Source: an uncultured Bacteroidia bacterium
GTDB lineage: Bacteria; Bacteroidota; Bacteroidia; J057
DNA length: 64,000 bases
Assembly (NCBI GenBank): GCA_964564415.1
Contig: CAZMAV010000009.1
Span: forward strand, 80,341 to 144,340
Reading direction: 5' to 3'
Position numbers and translations under genes: made by a program. How positions within the stretch are numbered: position 1 is the first letter of the stretch; every line of letters starts with the position of its first letter. Below the pieces are notes generated by a model, which ran no database searches, was not told where the DNA came from, and saw only the letters and a program-made list of their open reading frames with translations. Below, one piece after another: positions 16,636-26,962 of the stretch.

Positions 16636-18153
16636 CGTCCCTTCCTTTTCAAACTAAATGAAGAAGAACAATTGCTCCATCGGGAGTATCCCAGCCTCAC
16701 CTATTGGCTGAGGGAGGAATTTGTGCGGCGTAAGTTGGAAAGTCCCTTCGGTTACCTTCTTCTTTGTAGCCTTGCCATGGTTTTTGCCTGGCAGATAGGG
16801 ACCTATGGCTGGGTATCGGGGGCGATCTGGTTGGTGGCTCTTCAGTTCATCCCTCTTCTTTTGGCGGCCATGTTCAACCTTCGTTTCGGGCTTTACCTCA
16901 GTATTTTTTCTGCCTTTATCCTTATGGGCCTTAAGAAAATCACGGGAAACCTGCCATTGGGAATTTTTCTGGATGCCAGCATTCTTTTCATGATTTTTGG
17001 TCTTTATCTCCGGCAGATCAGGCGCCGGGACTGGAGGGCTACCTTTCATATCTTTACAGTGGGGATCGTGGCCTGGCTCAGCTTCAATTTTATTCAGTTG
17101 TTCAACCCCAATAGCCCCAGTCAGGTGGCCTGGCTTTATGAGGTGCGGGATACAGCCCTTCGAATGATGTTTTTCTTCGTCCCTCTATACGCCCTTACCC
17201 GATTGGATCAACTGGAGCGAGTGGCAAAGTTTTGGATTTTGCTTACCTCCCTTGGGGCGCTATACGCCATTATACAGGAGATATTTGGCCTTATGCCCTT
17301 CGAAGAAATATGGATCATCCAGCAGGTCGAGGAGTTTGAGCGGCTGATGCTGGATGGAAAGGTCAGGAATTTTTCCTTTTTCTCTACCCCAGGGATCATG
17401 GGAATGCTCATGGCTGGAACCAGCGTATTTTGCCTTCCTTTGTTCTTCTTGCCTGGCTTGAGGAGATGGGAAAAAGGTGTCCTGGCAGTATGTGTGGCAC
17501 TGATGTGGATGGCCATGTTTCTTTCGGGTACCCGCACCGCCTTTGTCGTCCTTCCTTTAGGTTTTCTCTTTTTATTGACCTTATCTTTTGATAAAAAACT
17601 GATTCCCTTTGGCATAGCGATCTTCGCTTTTGGGGTAATCTTGTTTTTTGTCCCCTTGGATAATCCCAACCTTCAACGGTATCGGTCTACTTTTCGGCCT
17701 TCGGCTGCCAACTCCCTTCAGGAGCGCCTTCAGAATCAAGAGTATATCAAGCCTTACATACAGGCACATCCCATGGGCGGTGGACTAGGGATCACGGGCA
17801 AACGGGGACAGCAGTTTTCTCCCTTCAAGTTGATTTCAGAATTCAGGCCCAAAGGGGGCTATGTGCAAGTAGCTATTGAAATGGGATGGATTGGCCTCCT
17901 GCTGTATTTGGGGCTGCTCTTCATGGTCATGTACGTTGGGGTGAGAAACTACTTCAAGATGCGAAACCTTCGACTACGAACCTGGATCTTGGCTTTTTTG
18001 GGAGGTTTGTTTGTCCTTATCATCGGCAATTACTCTCAAAATCCCCTGATGAATCTTCCGTCCAGCCTGTTTTTCTACCTCGGCATGGCAGCTATTGTCC
18101 TTCTGCGCCGCTTTGACAATAAAAATCTGGCCTTCGATCCCTTCAAATGGTAG
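16636..18153 (+). CDS. O-antigen ligase / polymerase (Wzy_C) family integral membrane protein
   Basis: Polytopic membrane protein. 'MWMAMFLSGTRTAFVVL' is a Wzy_C-like motif. The ORF track begins at a TTG (16525); the likely ATG start is 16576 or 16636. Confidence 0.6.
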   Translation, partial: RPFLFKLNEEEQLLHREYPSLTYWLREEFVRRKLESPFGYLLLCSLAMVFAWQIGTYGWVSGAIWLVALQFIPLLLAAMFNLRFGLYLSIFSAFILMGLKKITGNLPLGIFLDASILFMIFGLYLRQIRRRDWRATFHIFTVGIVAWLSFNFIQLFNPNSPSQVAWLYEVRDTALRMMFFFVPLYALTRLDQLERVAKFWILLTSLGALYAIIQEIFGLMPFEEIWIIQQVEEFERLMLDGKVRNFSFFSTPGIMGMLMAGTSVFCLPLFFLPGLRRWEKGVLAVCVALMWMAMFLSGTRTAFVVLPLGFLFLLTLSFDKKLIPFGIAIFAFGVILFFVPLDNPNLQRYRSTFRPSAANSLQERLQNQEYIKPYIQAHPMGGGLGITGKRGQQFSPFKLISEFRPKGGYVQVAIEMGWIGLLLYLGLLFMVMYVGVRNYFKMRNLRLRTWILAFLGGLFVLIIGNYSQNPLMNLPSSLFFYLGMAAIVLLRRFDNKNLAFDPFKW

Positions 18154-18182
18154 TAGGTTGGAGCTTTCGCCGATCTAAAAAT

Positions 18183-18237
18183 AGTGCTCTTGGGTTAACA
18201 ACAAATTACTTGGATAGGCCGAGTAGGGCTTAAGCCA
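18183..18237. repeat. Copy B of the ~55-bp diverged direct repeat
   Basis: Begins 30 bp after the ligase-like gene stop and contains the palindrome ggcttaagcc. Confidence 0.5.
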
Positions 18238-18860
18238 TTCATTCGTGACAAGCTTAATTCAAAGTGATATTTTTTCCATTCCCAAAAGCTTTAGATCGAT
18301 CAGGAATCGGCTGTGCTATTTTTATTCGGGGAAGTCTTTAATCTTCCCGGTTTTATTTGGGGAATGTCGTGGGAGGCAAGTTTAAGGTAATCTGTAAATT
18401 ATCTTTTTGTAAAATTTCTTACATTTTTTGATAAAAGTTTAGGTAAAAAGGTCTGATCTTTCAATAATATTGATTATGTTAGAATAAAACTGAAACAAGT
18501 CTTTCGACTGATTGTGAAAAGCGTAGGTATTCATGTGATTGATCATGAATATGGAAAGAGAAAAAGATAAGAAGCTCGAGTGTTACACACACCTGAGCAT
18601 GGGATGGAGAAGGGAGTCTGAGTATCCTGTTGATCTCCATGTGCTGCATTTTCACTGTTTCGAGGTTTGGGGTAGACGTAATAGGGAACGCGATTGAAGC
18701 CTGCAAATGAGAGTTTGTCAGGCTATAGCAGTCTTCTTTTCAGGGATTTGACAACTGAAGATGAGAAACTTACGTATATTCCACTCCCTAAAGTTTGAAT
18801 GCTTTGAAAAGTGTACTTATCAAGCTTTTTTTCGTCAGAATGAAATAAACGATCTCGCAA

Positions 18861-19067
18861 ATGGAAGTATTAACTAGAATCACCCTGAATCCTGAAGTTT
18901 GCAACGGCAGACCCTCCATTCGCAACCAGAAGATGACCGTAAGCCTGTTATTGGAACTCCTCGCAGAAGGCCATACCCCTGATCAGATCATGAATGACTT
19001 TCCCTTTTTGGAGAAAGAGGATTTTCAAGCTTGCCTCAGATATGCGGCTCGTCTGACCAACTTCTAG
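18861..19067 (+). CDS. DUF433 domain protein (antitoxin-like), orphan
   Basis: 68 aa. 'PEVCNGRPSIRNQKMTVSLLLELLAEGHTPDQIMNDFPFLEKEDFQACLRYA' matches DUF433. No DUF5615 or PIN partner is visible. Confidence 0.6.
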   Translation: MEVLTRITLNPEVCNGRPSIRNQKMTVSLLLELLAEGHTPDQIMNDFPFLEKEDFQACLRYAARLTNF

Positions 19068-19321
19068 CTCTCATTTTTCATACTTATTGAATTGAAGGTC
19101 CATTGTGGCCTTCCTTTTGCCTGCTTAACAATTATTTTATCCAGGTCGGGACAACCTCCCCATGATCCCACCGTATTAAAACTTCCTCTCAAGTATATTT
19201 CTCGATCAGGGATGGTGAAAGTCCGCCGAAGAGAACTTCTCTTTCTCCCGCTCCCCTCATGCAAACACGGTTTGGTGTTATACACACTGCCGTATCCCTA
19301 CAGCTGTAACCAAACTTTACC

Positions 19322-21160
19322 ATGGGTTCATCCATACGCACGCTATTCAACCTATTGGGTAAGTACAAATATTGGTATTTATCCTCGGCATTATTGCTGA
19401 TCCTCTCGATCCTCTTTCGGAGCTTCGAGCCCAAGATTCTTCAGATCGCTATTGATCAGGTCATTGCCCTCATCGCTCCTGAGGTGCAAGCCGATCCCGG
19501 CGATATAGATCTCGTCGCCAGGGCCTTGCTTCAGGTATTGCCCGAGATCAAAATGGAAAACTTTGGCCTTTTGCTCAGTCTTTTGGCTATTATGTATGTG
19601 TTGACCTCCATTTTGAGGGGCGGCCTGCTTTTCGCCTCCAATGCTATCAATGCATGGTCGGCCGAGCATTTGACCAAAAATGTCAGGAACCGCCTTTTTG
19701 CCCACATCCAACACCTGCCTTTGAATTATTTTACCACCATTACCCGTGGGGAACTCATTCAGCGGAGCACAGGTGATGTAGACACGGTGAAAAATTTCAT
19801 CAAAGGGCAGGTCATTGCCTTGATTCGCATCCTGGCCATCTTTGGTTTTGCCTTTGCCCTTATTGCCATGATGAGCTGGCAGTACGCCCTCATCTGCATG
19901 AGTGTGGCCCCCTTCATGGTGATCACTTCCTATTTTTTCTTTAAAAAAGAGAAGAAAGTCTGGAGGGAGCACGAAAAAGAACAGGACCTTCTCAACAACA
20001 TGGTGCAGGAAAACCTCAACGGAATAAGGACCGTGATTGCCTATGCCAATGAGGAGCATGAGCAAAGCAGGTTTGAAGAGCAAAACCGCAAAAAGCGGGA
20101 AATAGGCCTTCGCCACAACAGGTTGCATATGTCTTTCTGGCCTTTTTCTGATTTCCTGGGCTTTCTGCAGGTATCGGTTTCTATTATCGCAGGAGGATAC
20201 TTTACGATGATAGGGAGCATCACTATTGGGCAGCTCCTGGCTTCTTATACCTACATCGGGATGGTTGCCTGGCCTTTGCGCAACCTGGGCAGGGTGCTCT
20301 CTGAAATGGGCATGGCTCAGGTAGCCCTTGAAAGACTTTCGGAAATCCTGAATGCAAAAGCCGAGGTAGACACCGGGATCACTCCTGAAAAGGTAAAGGG
20401 TAGCATACGCTTTGAGGGGGTAACCTTTGGCTATAAGAATGACGACATCTATGCATTACAAAATGTCAGTTTCGAGATAAAATCCGGAGAAAAGGTGGCC
20501 ATCGTCGGTCCTACGGGCGCGGGCAAGTCTAGCCTGATCAAGCTTCTGCTTCGCCTTTACGAACCCAATGAGGGACAGATTTTGCTGGATGGGAAGCCAT
20601 TGTCTACTTATAAGTGCTCTTACTTGAGGAAAAGGATCGGCATGGCCCATCAGAAGCCTTTTCTTTTTTCTACGAGTATCCGCAATAATATTGCCTACGG
20701 AAAACCACGGAGTCCCCTTGAAAAAATCCTGAAAGCTGCCAAGATCGCTCAGTTTTCAGAGATCAATGGGGTCTTTCCTGAGGGATATGAGACCCTGGTG
20801 GGTGAAAAAGGAGTAACCCTCTCCGGAGGGCAAAAGCAGCGGGTAGCGCTGGCCCGGACCCTCTTGCCAGAGCCGGATGTCCTGATCCTTGACGACATTA
20901 CCTCTGCGGTAGATACCGACACGGAGCAGGCCATGTTTGATGCGCTCAAGGATGAAATGCGGTCCAGGACCACCCTTATTCTTTCTCATAGGATAACCTC
21001 TATCCAGCAGGCCGATAAGGTCCTGGTATTTGACAATGGAAAATTGGTACAGGAGGGAAGTCCCACGGAACTGGAGAAGCAGGAGGGCTACTATCGGGAG
21101 ATTCATGAAATACAGTCTGCTGTAGAAGAGCAAATCCTCGAAGATACCCGCAAGGACTGA
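19322..21160 (+). CDS. ABC exporter, fused permease and ATPase (MsbA-like), subunit 1
   Basis: 612 aa. Six TM helices then a nucleotide-binding domain: Walker A 'GPTGAGKSS', signature 'LSGGQKQRVALAR', Walker B 'ILILDD'. Confidence 0.85.
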   Translation: MGSSIRTLFNLLGKYKYWYLSSALLLILSILFRSFEPKILQIAIDQVIALIAPEVQADPGDIDLVARALLQVLPEIKMENFGLLLSLLAIMYVLTSILRGGLLFASNAINAWSAEHLTKNVRNRLFAHIQHLPLNYFTTITRGELIQRSTGDVDTVKNFIKGQVIALIRILAIFGFAFALIAMMSWQYALICMSVAPFMVITSYFFFKKEKKVWREHEKEQDLLNNMVQENLNGIRTVIAYANEEHEQSRFEEQNRKKREIGLRHNRLHMSFWPFSDFLGFLQVSVSIIAGGYFTMIGSITIGQLLASYTYIGMVAWPLRNLGRVLSEMGMAQVALERLSEILNAKAEVDTGITPEKVKGSIRFEGVTFGYKNDDIYALQNVSFEIKSGEKVAIVGPTGAGKSSLIKLLLRLYEPNEGQILLDGKPLSTYKCSYLRKRIGMAHQKPFLFSTSIRNNIAYGKPRSPLEKILKAAKIAQFSEINGVFPEGYETLVGEKGVTLSGGQKQRVALARTLLPEPDVLILDDITSAVDTDTEQAMFDALKDEMRSRTTLILSHRITSIQQADKVLVFDNGKLVQEGSPTELEKQEGYYREIHEIQSAVEEQILEDTRKD

Positions 21161-21204
21161 TTTTTAATTTTTTTATCCTTCATTCATTCGACAACACATA
21201 AGCC

Positions 21205-23001
21205 ATGTTTATAGAAGAAGAAGATTACCAGTCGAAAAAAAAGGCCTTGGCTCCCTTCCTGCGGCGGATGTTTGCCCTAGCCGTCCAGTACAAGGGCTGG
21301 TTGGCCCTCCTCCTCCTCTGCGCCCTGGGAAGTGCCATGGTGGACGCGGCTATTCCTATTATTTGGAGGAAATACATAGATGAATGGATCACCCCAGTAG
21401 TCGACAGCTACAAAGCCGGCGGGGAAGGATACCTGTCCGGATTCATTTCCTACGGCCTGGCCTTTCTTATTGCCTTCAGCGTACAGGCTGTGGCTATTTT
21501 TGGGATGATCTATGCTGCGGGGAGGATTCAGGAATACGTGATTTTTGATCTGCGCAATCGGATGTTCGAGAAGTTGCAGTATTTGTCCTATGGTTTTTAC
21601 GACAAGGCAGCTATCGGACATTTGGCTATACGCCTCACCTCCGATGTCAACAAGGTCACCCGCATTATTTCCTGGGGTTTTCTGGATGTGACCTTCGGGA
21701 TCTTCATGATCCTTATATCCTTGGGAGCCATGTTTTGGTACAGCTGGAAATTGAGCCTCATCGTCCTGCTGTCCATCCCTATCCTCCTGTTGCTGGCGAT
21801 AAGGGTGAGGATCTTACTTTTGGGCTATGCCCGAAAGGCCAGAAAGACCTACAGTCAGATGGCCGCTTATATGACCGAGCATATCAATGGCCTTGAAGTA
21901 AATAAGACCACCGTGCAGGAGGACCGTTCGGCAGAGAAATTTGAAGAGGTAACCGAGACTTTTCGCTTTGCGGCCTACAAATCAGCCTATTATTCGGCGA
22001 TGTACTTTCCCATTGTGGTGGTTACGGGCTCTTTGGCAGCCGCTATGGTTATTTACCTTGGAGGACATTTGGCTTTGGCAGGGACGGCTGGAATCAGTGT
22101 AGGGGTGCTGGCCGCTTTCTTCTTTTACGCCCGAATGATCTTTGAGCCTATTTTTGACATTACCCGATACTATGCTTCGCTTCAGGATGCCCTCTCTGCC
22201 GGGGAAAGGATATTTTCTCTGATCGATGAACCCGTAGAGATCGGAGATGTCGAACAACTCGAAGCTTTTCATGGGATCAGGGGAGATATTCAATTCAAGG
22301 ATGTGGACTTCTACTACAATGAAGATAAACCCATCTTCCAGGATTTGAATCTCCATATACCTGCGGGGCAATCGGTGGCTTTGATTGGAGCAACCGGAAG
22401 TGGTAAAACTACCCTGGCGAGTTTGATTGCCCGATTTTATGAGCCTAAAAAGGGAGCCCTTCTGGTGGATGGAATAGGATACAGAGATCGGCAGCTCAAA
22501 AGTTATCGCTCTCAGTTAGGTATTATCCTTCAGACCCCTCACCTTTTTTCGGGGACGTTTCGGGATAACCTACGCTATGGGAAGCTGGATGCCACCGATG
22601 GAGAGATTCGACAGGCCTTGGAATTGATCGGAATTCCCGAGTATGGAGAGCGCCTGGATGAGCAGGTGGGAGAAGAGGGCAGTACGCTTTCCCTGGGAGA
22701 AAAGCAGCTGATATCCTTTGCCCGGGCTTTGCTCAAGAATCCCCAAATCCTCATCATGGATGAGGCGACTTCTTCGGTAGATACCTTGGCTGAACTCAAG
22801 GTTCAGAAGGGCATTGATCAGATGATTCGGGACCGTACCGCCATCATCATCGCCCATAGGCTTTCGACCATTCGAAATTGTGATCGCATCCTGGTCATGT
22901 CCCAGGGGCGCATCATCGAAGACGGCGACCACGAAGGGTTGCTGGCCAAAAAGGGTCATTATTATGAGTTGTACACCCAGCAAGCCAGAAAGGTAGAATA
23001 G
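21205..23001 (+). CDS. ABC exporter, fused permease and ATPase, subunit 2 (probable heterodimer partner)
   Basis: 598 aa. Walker A 'GATGSGKTT', signature 'LSLGEKQLISFAR', Walker B 'ILIMDE'. Confidence 0.85.
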   Translation: MFIEEEDYQSKKKALAPFLRRMFALAVQYKGWLALLLLCALGSAMVDAAIPIIWRKYIDEWITPVVDSYKAGGEGYLSGFISYGLAFLIAFSVQAVAIFGMIYAAGRIQEYVIFDLRNRMFEKLQYLSYGFYDKAAIGHLAIRLTSDVNKVTRIISWGFLDVTFGIFMILISLGAMFWYSWKLSLIVLLSIPILLLLAIRVRILLLGYARKARKTYSQMAAYMTEHINGLEVNKTTVQEDRSAEKFEEVTETFRFAAYKSAYYSAMYFPIVVVTGSLAAAMVIYLGGHLALAGTAGISVGVLAAFFFYARMIFEPIFDITRYYASLQDALSAGERIFSLIDEPVEIGDVEQLEAFHGIRGDIQFKDVDFYYNEDKPIFQDLNLHIPAGQSVALIGATGSGKTTLASLIARFYEPKKGALLVDGIGYRDRQLKSYRSQLGIILQTPHLFSGTFRDNLRYGKLDATDGEIRQALELIGIPEYGERLDEQVGEEGSTLSLGEKQLISFARALLKNPQILIMDEATSSVDTLAELKVQKGIDQMIRDRTAIIIAHRLSTIRNCDRILVMSQGRIIEDGDHEGLLAKKGHYYELYTQQARKVE

Positions 23002-23199
23002 AACAAGAGTAGTGGGAAGGAATTTTTTTCTTCCCATTTTTCTTTACCTCATTTTTGATTTTGAATACCTGTTAAAATGCTATTAATCTGATAGTGAGGG
23101 GGATGTATTTTTGGTGGTTCTTCATGGATGAAGAGCTTATCTTGACTTTCAGGGGGTGATTTTCCTTGAAAAGCAGGATGGGGATGGAGACCTTGGATC

Positions 23200-24732
23200 A
23201 TGAAAACACGAGTACAAGCCCCATTATTTCCCCCGTTTCTAATGCTGGGCGGGGGAATTTTTCTTTCTATCCATTCTCCTCCTTTCATTCCCATTGTTAC
23301 CCTGGGAATTTTTCTCCTTCTCCTGGTATTTTATAAGTGGAAAGGTCCTGCTCATTTGCTTTTCAAAGAGCGGGTAAGGCAACTATTGACGGCTTGTTGC
23401 TTTGTAGGTCTGGGAATATCTGCAGCTCAGATTGAGAAGCTTCATCCTCATGAGGAAGAATTGGAATGTATCAACTGTCAAAAAGTCGAATGCCAGGCCA
23501 GCCTCATCGCTCCCGTCAAGTCCAATGATTTTGGGCGAAAGGTAATGGTAGACATTGAGGCCTGCTACTACGGGACAAAATGGCATCCCATGGAAGGCAA
23601 AGTGATGCTGTATTTGCCAAAAAGTGATAGCCAGGTGTATAAAAAATATGATCAGGTCCAGTTTAAAGGCTATTTGACCACCCTCAACACTCCCTATCCT
23701 TCCTATTTAAAATACCTACAAAGCCAGGGAATCTTCCATGCATCCTATGGGGATGAGGTAAAGAAAATAGGGCGGAAGCAGGGCATTGCACTCCTGGCCT
23801 ACGACATTCAGCAGGCCATGGCTGCACAGGTCGATAAGCTATTTTCTGATACAGAAAAAGCCGGATTGATGAAGGCCATGATGCTGGGAGAGCGGTCCGA
23901 CCTCGACAGGGAGACCAGGGATAATTTTGCCCAGGCCGGTATCAGCCATGTACTGGCAATATCGGGCATGCACATCGGAATCATTTTTCTAATCCTGGAT
24001 AAGGTGCTTTTTTTCTTTTCCTACCTCCCTCGGGGTTATCAGGTTAAGCAGTTGGTGATCTTACTTCTGTTGTTGGGATTTATGCTCCTGACGGGGGGGA
24101 GTCCGGCTGTGGTCAGGGCGACCCTAATGTTTGCCGCCATTCTCGTCAGCAAAATGAGTTACCAGCGCTATCAAAGCCTTAACATCGTATCCTTGACCGG
24201 CATTGTCCAACTTCTGCTGGAGCCTTCTTTGGCGATGAACCTGGGTTTTCAATTGTCATATGCTGCGGTGCTGAGCCTGGTAATCCTCTATCCCCACTGG
24301 GAAAAGCATTTTGGGACAGGCGTAGGATGGAAGGATGCCCTAAGTGGCTGGATTGGTGTCAGTCTAATCGCAACCCTGGCTACCACACCCTTGATTGTAC
24401 TTACTTTTCATCAGTTTCCTACCTATTTTCTTCTCAGCAACATCCTGGTTAGCCTACCTGTGAGTCTTATGATCTGGTTGGGTTTCCTAACGGTCATCCT
24501 GGCCTTTGTTTCTCCCATAAATGCCTTGCTGGCCTGGGCCTCTGGCTGGGTCATGGACCTCCTTCTTTTTATCATAAAATGGATCAATGAACTGCCACAT
24601 GGCCTCCTTCATGCAGAAGCTGACCTATGGAGGGGGGCTTTATTCCTCTTTGTCGAACTGCTTTTGGCGGGGCTTATTTTGTATTTACTTAAGGCTAAGC
24701 TGAGCCTAATCCCTTTGAGGCGGCAGGCATAG
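23200..24732 (+). CDS. comEC: ComEC/Rec2 family competence protein (no C-terminal metallo-beta-lactamase domain)
   Basis: 510 aa. 'MMLGERSDLDRETRDNFAQAGISHVLAISGMHIGI' is the ComEC competence domain. Polytopic membrane protein. Confidence 0.75.
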   Translation: MKTRVQAPLFPPFLMLGGGIFLSIHSPPFIPIVTLGIFLLLLVFYKWKGPAHLLFKERVRQLLTACCFVGLGISAAQIEKLHPHEEELECINCQKVECQASLIAPVKSNDFGRKVMVDIEACYYGTKWHPMEGKVMLYLPKSDSQVYKKYDQVQFKGYLTTLNTPYPSYLKYLQSQGIFHASYGDEVKKIGRKQGIALLAYDIQQAMAAQVDKLFSDTEKAGLMKAMMLGERSDLDRETRDNFAQAGISHVLAISGMHIGIIFLILDKVLFFFSYLPRGYQVKQLVILLLLLGFMLLTGGSPAVVRATLMFAAILVSKMSYQRYQSLNIVSLTGIVQLLLEPSLAMNLGFQLSYAAVLSLVILYPHWEKHFGTGVGWKDALSGWIGVSLIATLATTPLIVLTFHQFPTYFLLSNILVSLPVSLMIWLGFLTVILAFVSPINALLAWASGWVMDLLLFIIKWINELPHGLLHAEADLWRGALFLFVELLLAGLILYLLKAKLSLIPLRRQA

Positions 24733-25947
24733 GTAAGCACTGGCGACCTCGTATCTGTCCAGGGCTTCCAGGAAGTAGTAGTCAGCCATGGTCTGAGGAG
24801 CGTCAATATCGATGCCATCGGGTTTGGAGAGGGTAGAGTGATCCAAAATAAAGGGATGTTGCCCGGCTCCAACATACTGGGGATGGCTAAGGCTCTGCAG
24901 GATTTTATGGGCATGGCTAAAATAAGGATGGGCGAGGGTAGGAGGAAGGTGCAAGCAAAGATCAAGGAGAGCTGAAGCCGTGACAGCCGCTGCAGAGGCA
25001 TCGCGGGGTTCCTGGGGCAGGGGAGGAGCTTCAAAATCCCAGTAAGGAATGCCATCCGAGGGCACCTGAGCAATCCAGGTATCTGCGAGGCAGTGGGCGG
25101 CTTCCAGCCAGCGTAAATCTCGGTAATAGGAGTAAAGCCGACTGTAACCGTAGATGGCCCAGGCCTGTCCCCGCGTCCAGGCTCCTGCCCCCTGACCGGG
25201 AAGGATGGAGATCAGGTCCCCATTGGAAGGGTCAAAAATAATCTTGTGATGGGTAAGGCAGCCTGAATCTTGCTTAATAAAGTGGCGAAGGGTAAAGTCC
25301 GCATGGGTCCGAACTATATTTTCAAAATTACCCGAGGGAAGTCTTACATCGGCCCAGGAGAGTAGCTCTAGGTTGATCAGGTTGTCGATGATGACCGCAA
25401 AATGTTGATCCTCTTTGCTGTCGAGGCTTTTGATGGCTCCGACCTCAGGGGAGAACCGGGTGGACAAAGTCCTGGCGGCCTGTATCAGGTATGTACGGTA
25501 GCGAGGGTCTCCGGTAGCCTGAAAAGCCTTTTGAAAGCTGCAAAATAACATGAATCCCAGGTCGTGGGTGTTGAAATTGCCTACCTGAGAAGCAAGCATG
25601 GGAGTAAATCTTTCGGCTTCATATTTCCAGGTAGAATCTCCGCTTTGAAGATAAGCCCACCAGAGGTTTCCTACATAAAAGCCCACCGTCCAAACATGGG
25701 CAGGATCTGAAATAATGCTTTTCTTTTTGGCATTCCAGCTTCTCACCGAACGGGTAGAATCTCGGTGCAGGACTACCATGTTTTGGAGCCTGTCCAGGGA
25801 TATGCTGCGAAGGCTGTCCAGGGGGAGGGGGCGTTCTAATCCTGGAGGATGAAGGGTGGGAAGGCTGGAAAGGGAGGTAGACTCGCAGCCTAAAAAGGAC
25901 AGTAGGAGTAGGAAAAAAAGCCAGGATGTCATTTGGAATCCAGCCAT
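24706..25947 (-). CDS. Six-hairpin glycosidase, GH88/GH105-like (unsaturated glucuronyl/rhamnogalacturonyl hydrolase family), secreted
   Basis: 413 aa. Signal peptide. 'GAGAWTRGQAWAIYGYSRLY' and 'WYAYLQSGD' are typical of the GH88/105 (alpha/alpha)6 fold. There is a 26-bp tail-to-tail overlap with comEC. Confidence 0.6.
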   Translation of the reverse strand: MAGFQMTSWLFFLLLLSFLGCESTSLSSLPTLHPPGLERPLPLDSLRSISLDRLQNMVVLHRDSTRSVRSWNAKKKSIISDPAHVWTVGFYVGNLWWAYLQSGDSTWKYEAERFTPMLASQVGNFNTHDLGFMLFCSFQKAFQATGDPRYRTYLIQAARTLSTRFSPEVGAIKSLDSKEDQHFAVIIDNLINLELLSWADVRLPSGNFENIVRTHADFTLRHFIKQDSGCLTHHKIIFDPSNGDLISILPGQGAGAWTRGQAWAIYGYSRLYSYYRDLRWLEAAHCLADTWIAQVPSDGIPYWDFEAPPLPQEPRDASAAAVTASALLDLCLHLPPTLAHPYFSHAHKILQSLSHPQYVGAGQHPFILDHSTLSKPDGIDIDAPQTMADYYFLEALDRYEVASAYLCLPPQRD

Positions 25948-26163
25948 AATTTTTACCCGTATTATTTTTTTGTTATAGAAATGAAAAAAGAGGAAAAAGT
26001 CGGTTGAAAAAAAGTTAAGAGGGTGTTAAGCGAATATGGTTTTTTGTCTAAAACTTCCATTTTAAGGGTCAAAAGTCGTGCTAAACATAAGGGCAATCCC
26101 TATAATTTCTATCTTTATAGAGAAAAGGAAAAGTACCTGCTATCGTCCTATTTCCCAAATGCT

Positions 26164-26871
26164 ATGACCAAAGAGCAAGACATCATCACTAAACCTGCCA
26201 AGATTTTAATTGTAGATGACGAAGCTGATATTCTGGACTTACTGGAATATAATTTTAAGCAGGAAGGATACGCGGTCATCAGGGCGATGGATGGGGAAGA
26301 AGCCCTGAGGATAGCTGCAGCTGAACAGCCCGATTTGATTATCCTGGATATTATGATGCCCAAGATGGACGGGGTCTCCACCTGTCTGGCTTTGCGATCA
26401 ACTTCAGGTCTAAAAGATGCAGTCATCGTTTTTTTGACAGCCAGGGCCGAGGAATACTCCGAGGTGGCGGGCTTTGAGGCAGGAGCTGACGATTATATCT
26501 ACAAACCAATCAAGCCACGGGTGTTGAAGAGCCGTATCAAGGCCATGCTTCGCCGCCATCATGTACGCCCACAAAAGGACCCCAATACGATACTTATTCA
26601 CGACCTGGAGATCATCAAGGATGAATATGTGGTCCGAAAGGCCTCGGGTGAGATGATTTCCCTGCCGCGCAAAGAATTCGAACTGTTTTACTACCTGGCT
26701 TCTAGGCCGGGAAAAGTCTTCAGCCGAGAAGATCTTTTGGTACGAATTTGGGATAATGTACACGTGACCGACAGGACCGTGGACGTTCATGTGAGAAAGC
26801 TTCGCGAAAAAATCGGCATCAAATACATCGTAACCGTTAAAGGTGTAGGATATAAGTATCTGCCTGAATGA
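26164..26871 (+). CDS. OmpR/PhoB-type response regulator (REC plus winged-helix DNA-binding domain)
   Basis: 'ILIVDDEADILDLLEYNF', 'DLIILDIMMPKMDG', then the trans_reg_C domain 'LPRKEFELFYYLASRPGKVFSREDLLVRIWD'. The ORF track starts at a GTG (26023); the ATG is at 26164. Confidence 0.85.
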   Translation: MTKEQDIITKPAKILIVDDEADILDLLEYNFKQEGYAVIRAMDGEEALRIAAAEQPDLIILDIMMPKMDGVSTCLALRSTSGLKDAVIVFLTARAEEYSEVAGFEAGADDYIYKPIKPRVLKSRIKAMLRRHHVRPQKDPNTILIHDLEIIKDEYVVRKASGEMISLPRKEFELFYYLASRPGKVFSREDLLVRIWDNVHVTDRTVDVHVRKLREKIGIKYIVTVKGVGYKYLPE

Positions 26872-26962
26872 TATTATAATGCCTTAATCGAGAGTTAATT
26901 AAGGCGGTCTATCTTTAAGGAAGTTTTTCAGAGTGAAAAAAATAGCCAAACTGTACCAAGGG

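Noticed and set aside
19391-20128. A 245-aa minus-strand ORF and several other antisense ORFs within the two ABC exporter genes, PBP2, GldG and others
   Set aside because: They are shadow ORFs antisense to genes with unambiguous Walker or transpeptidase motifs.
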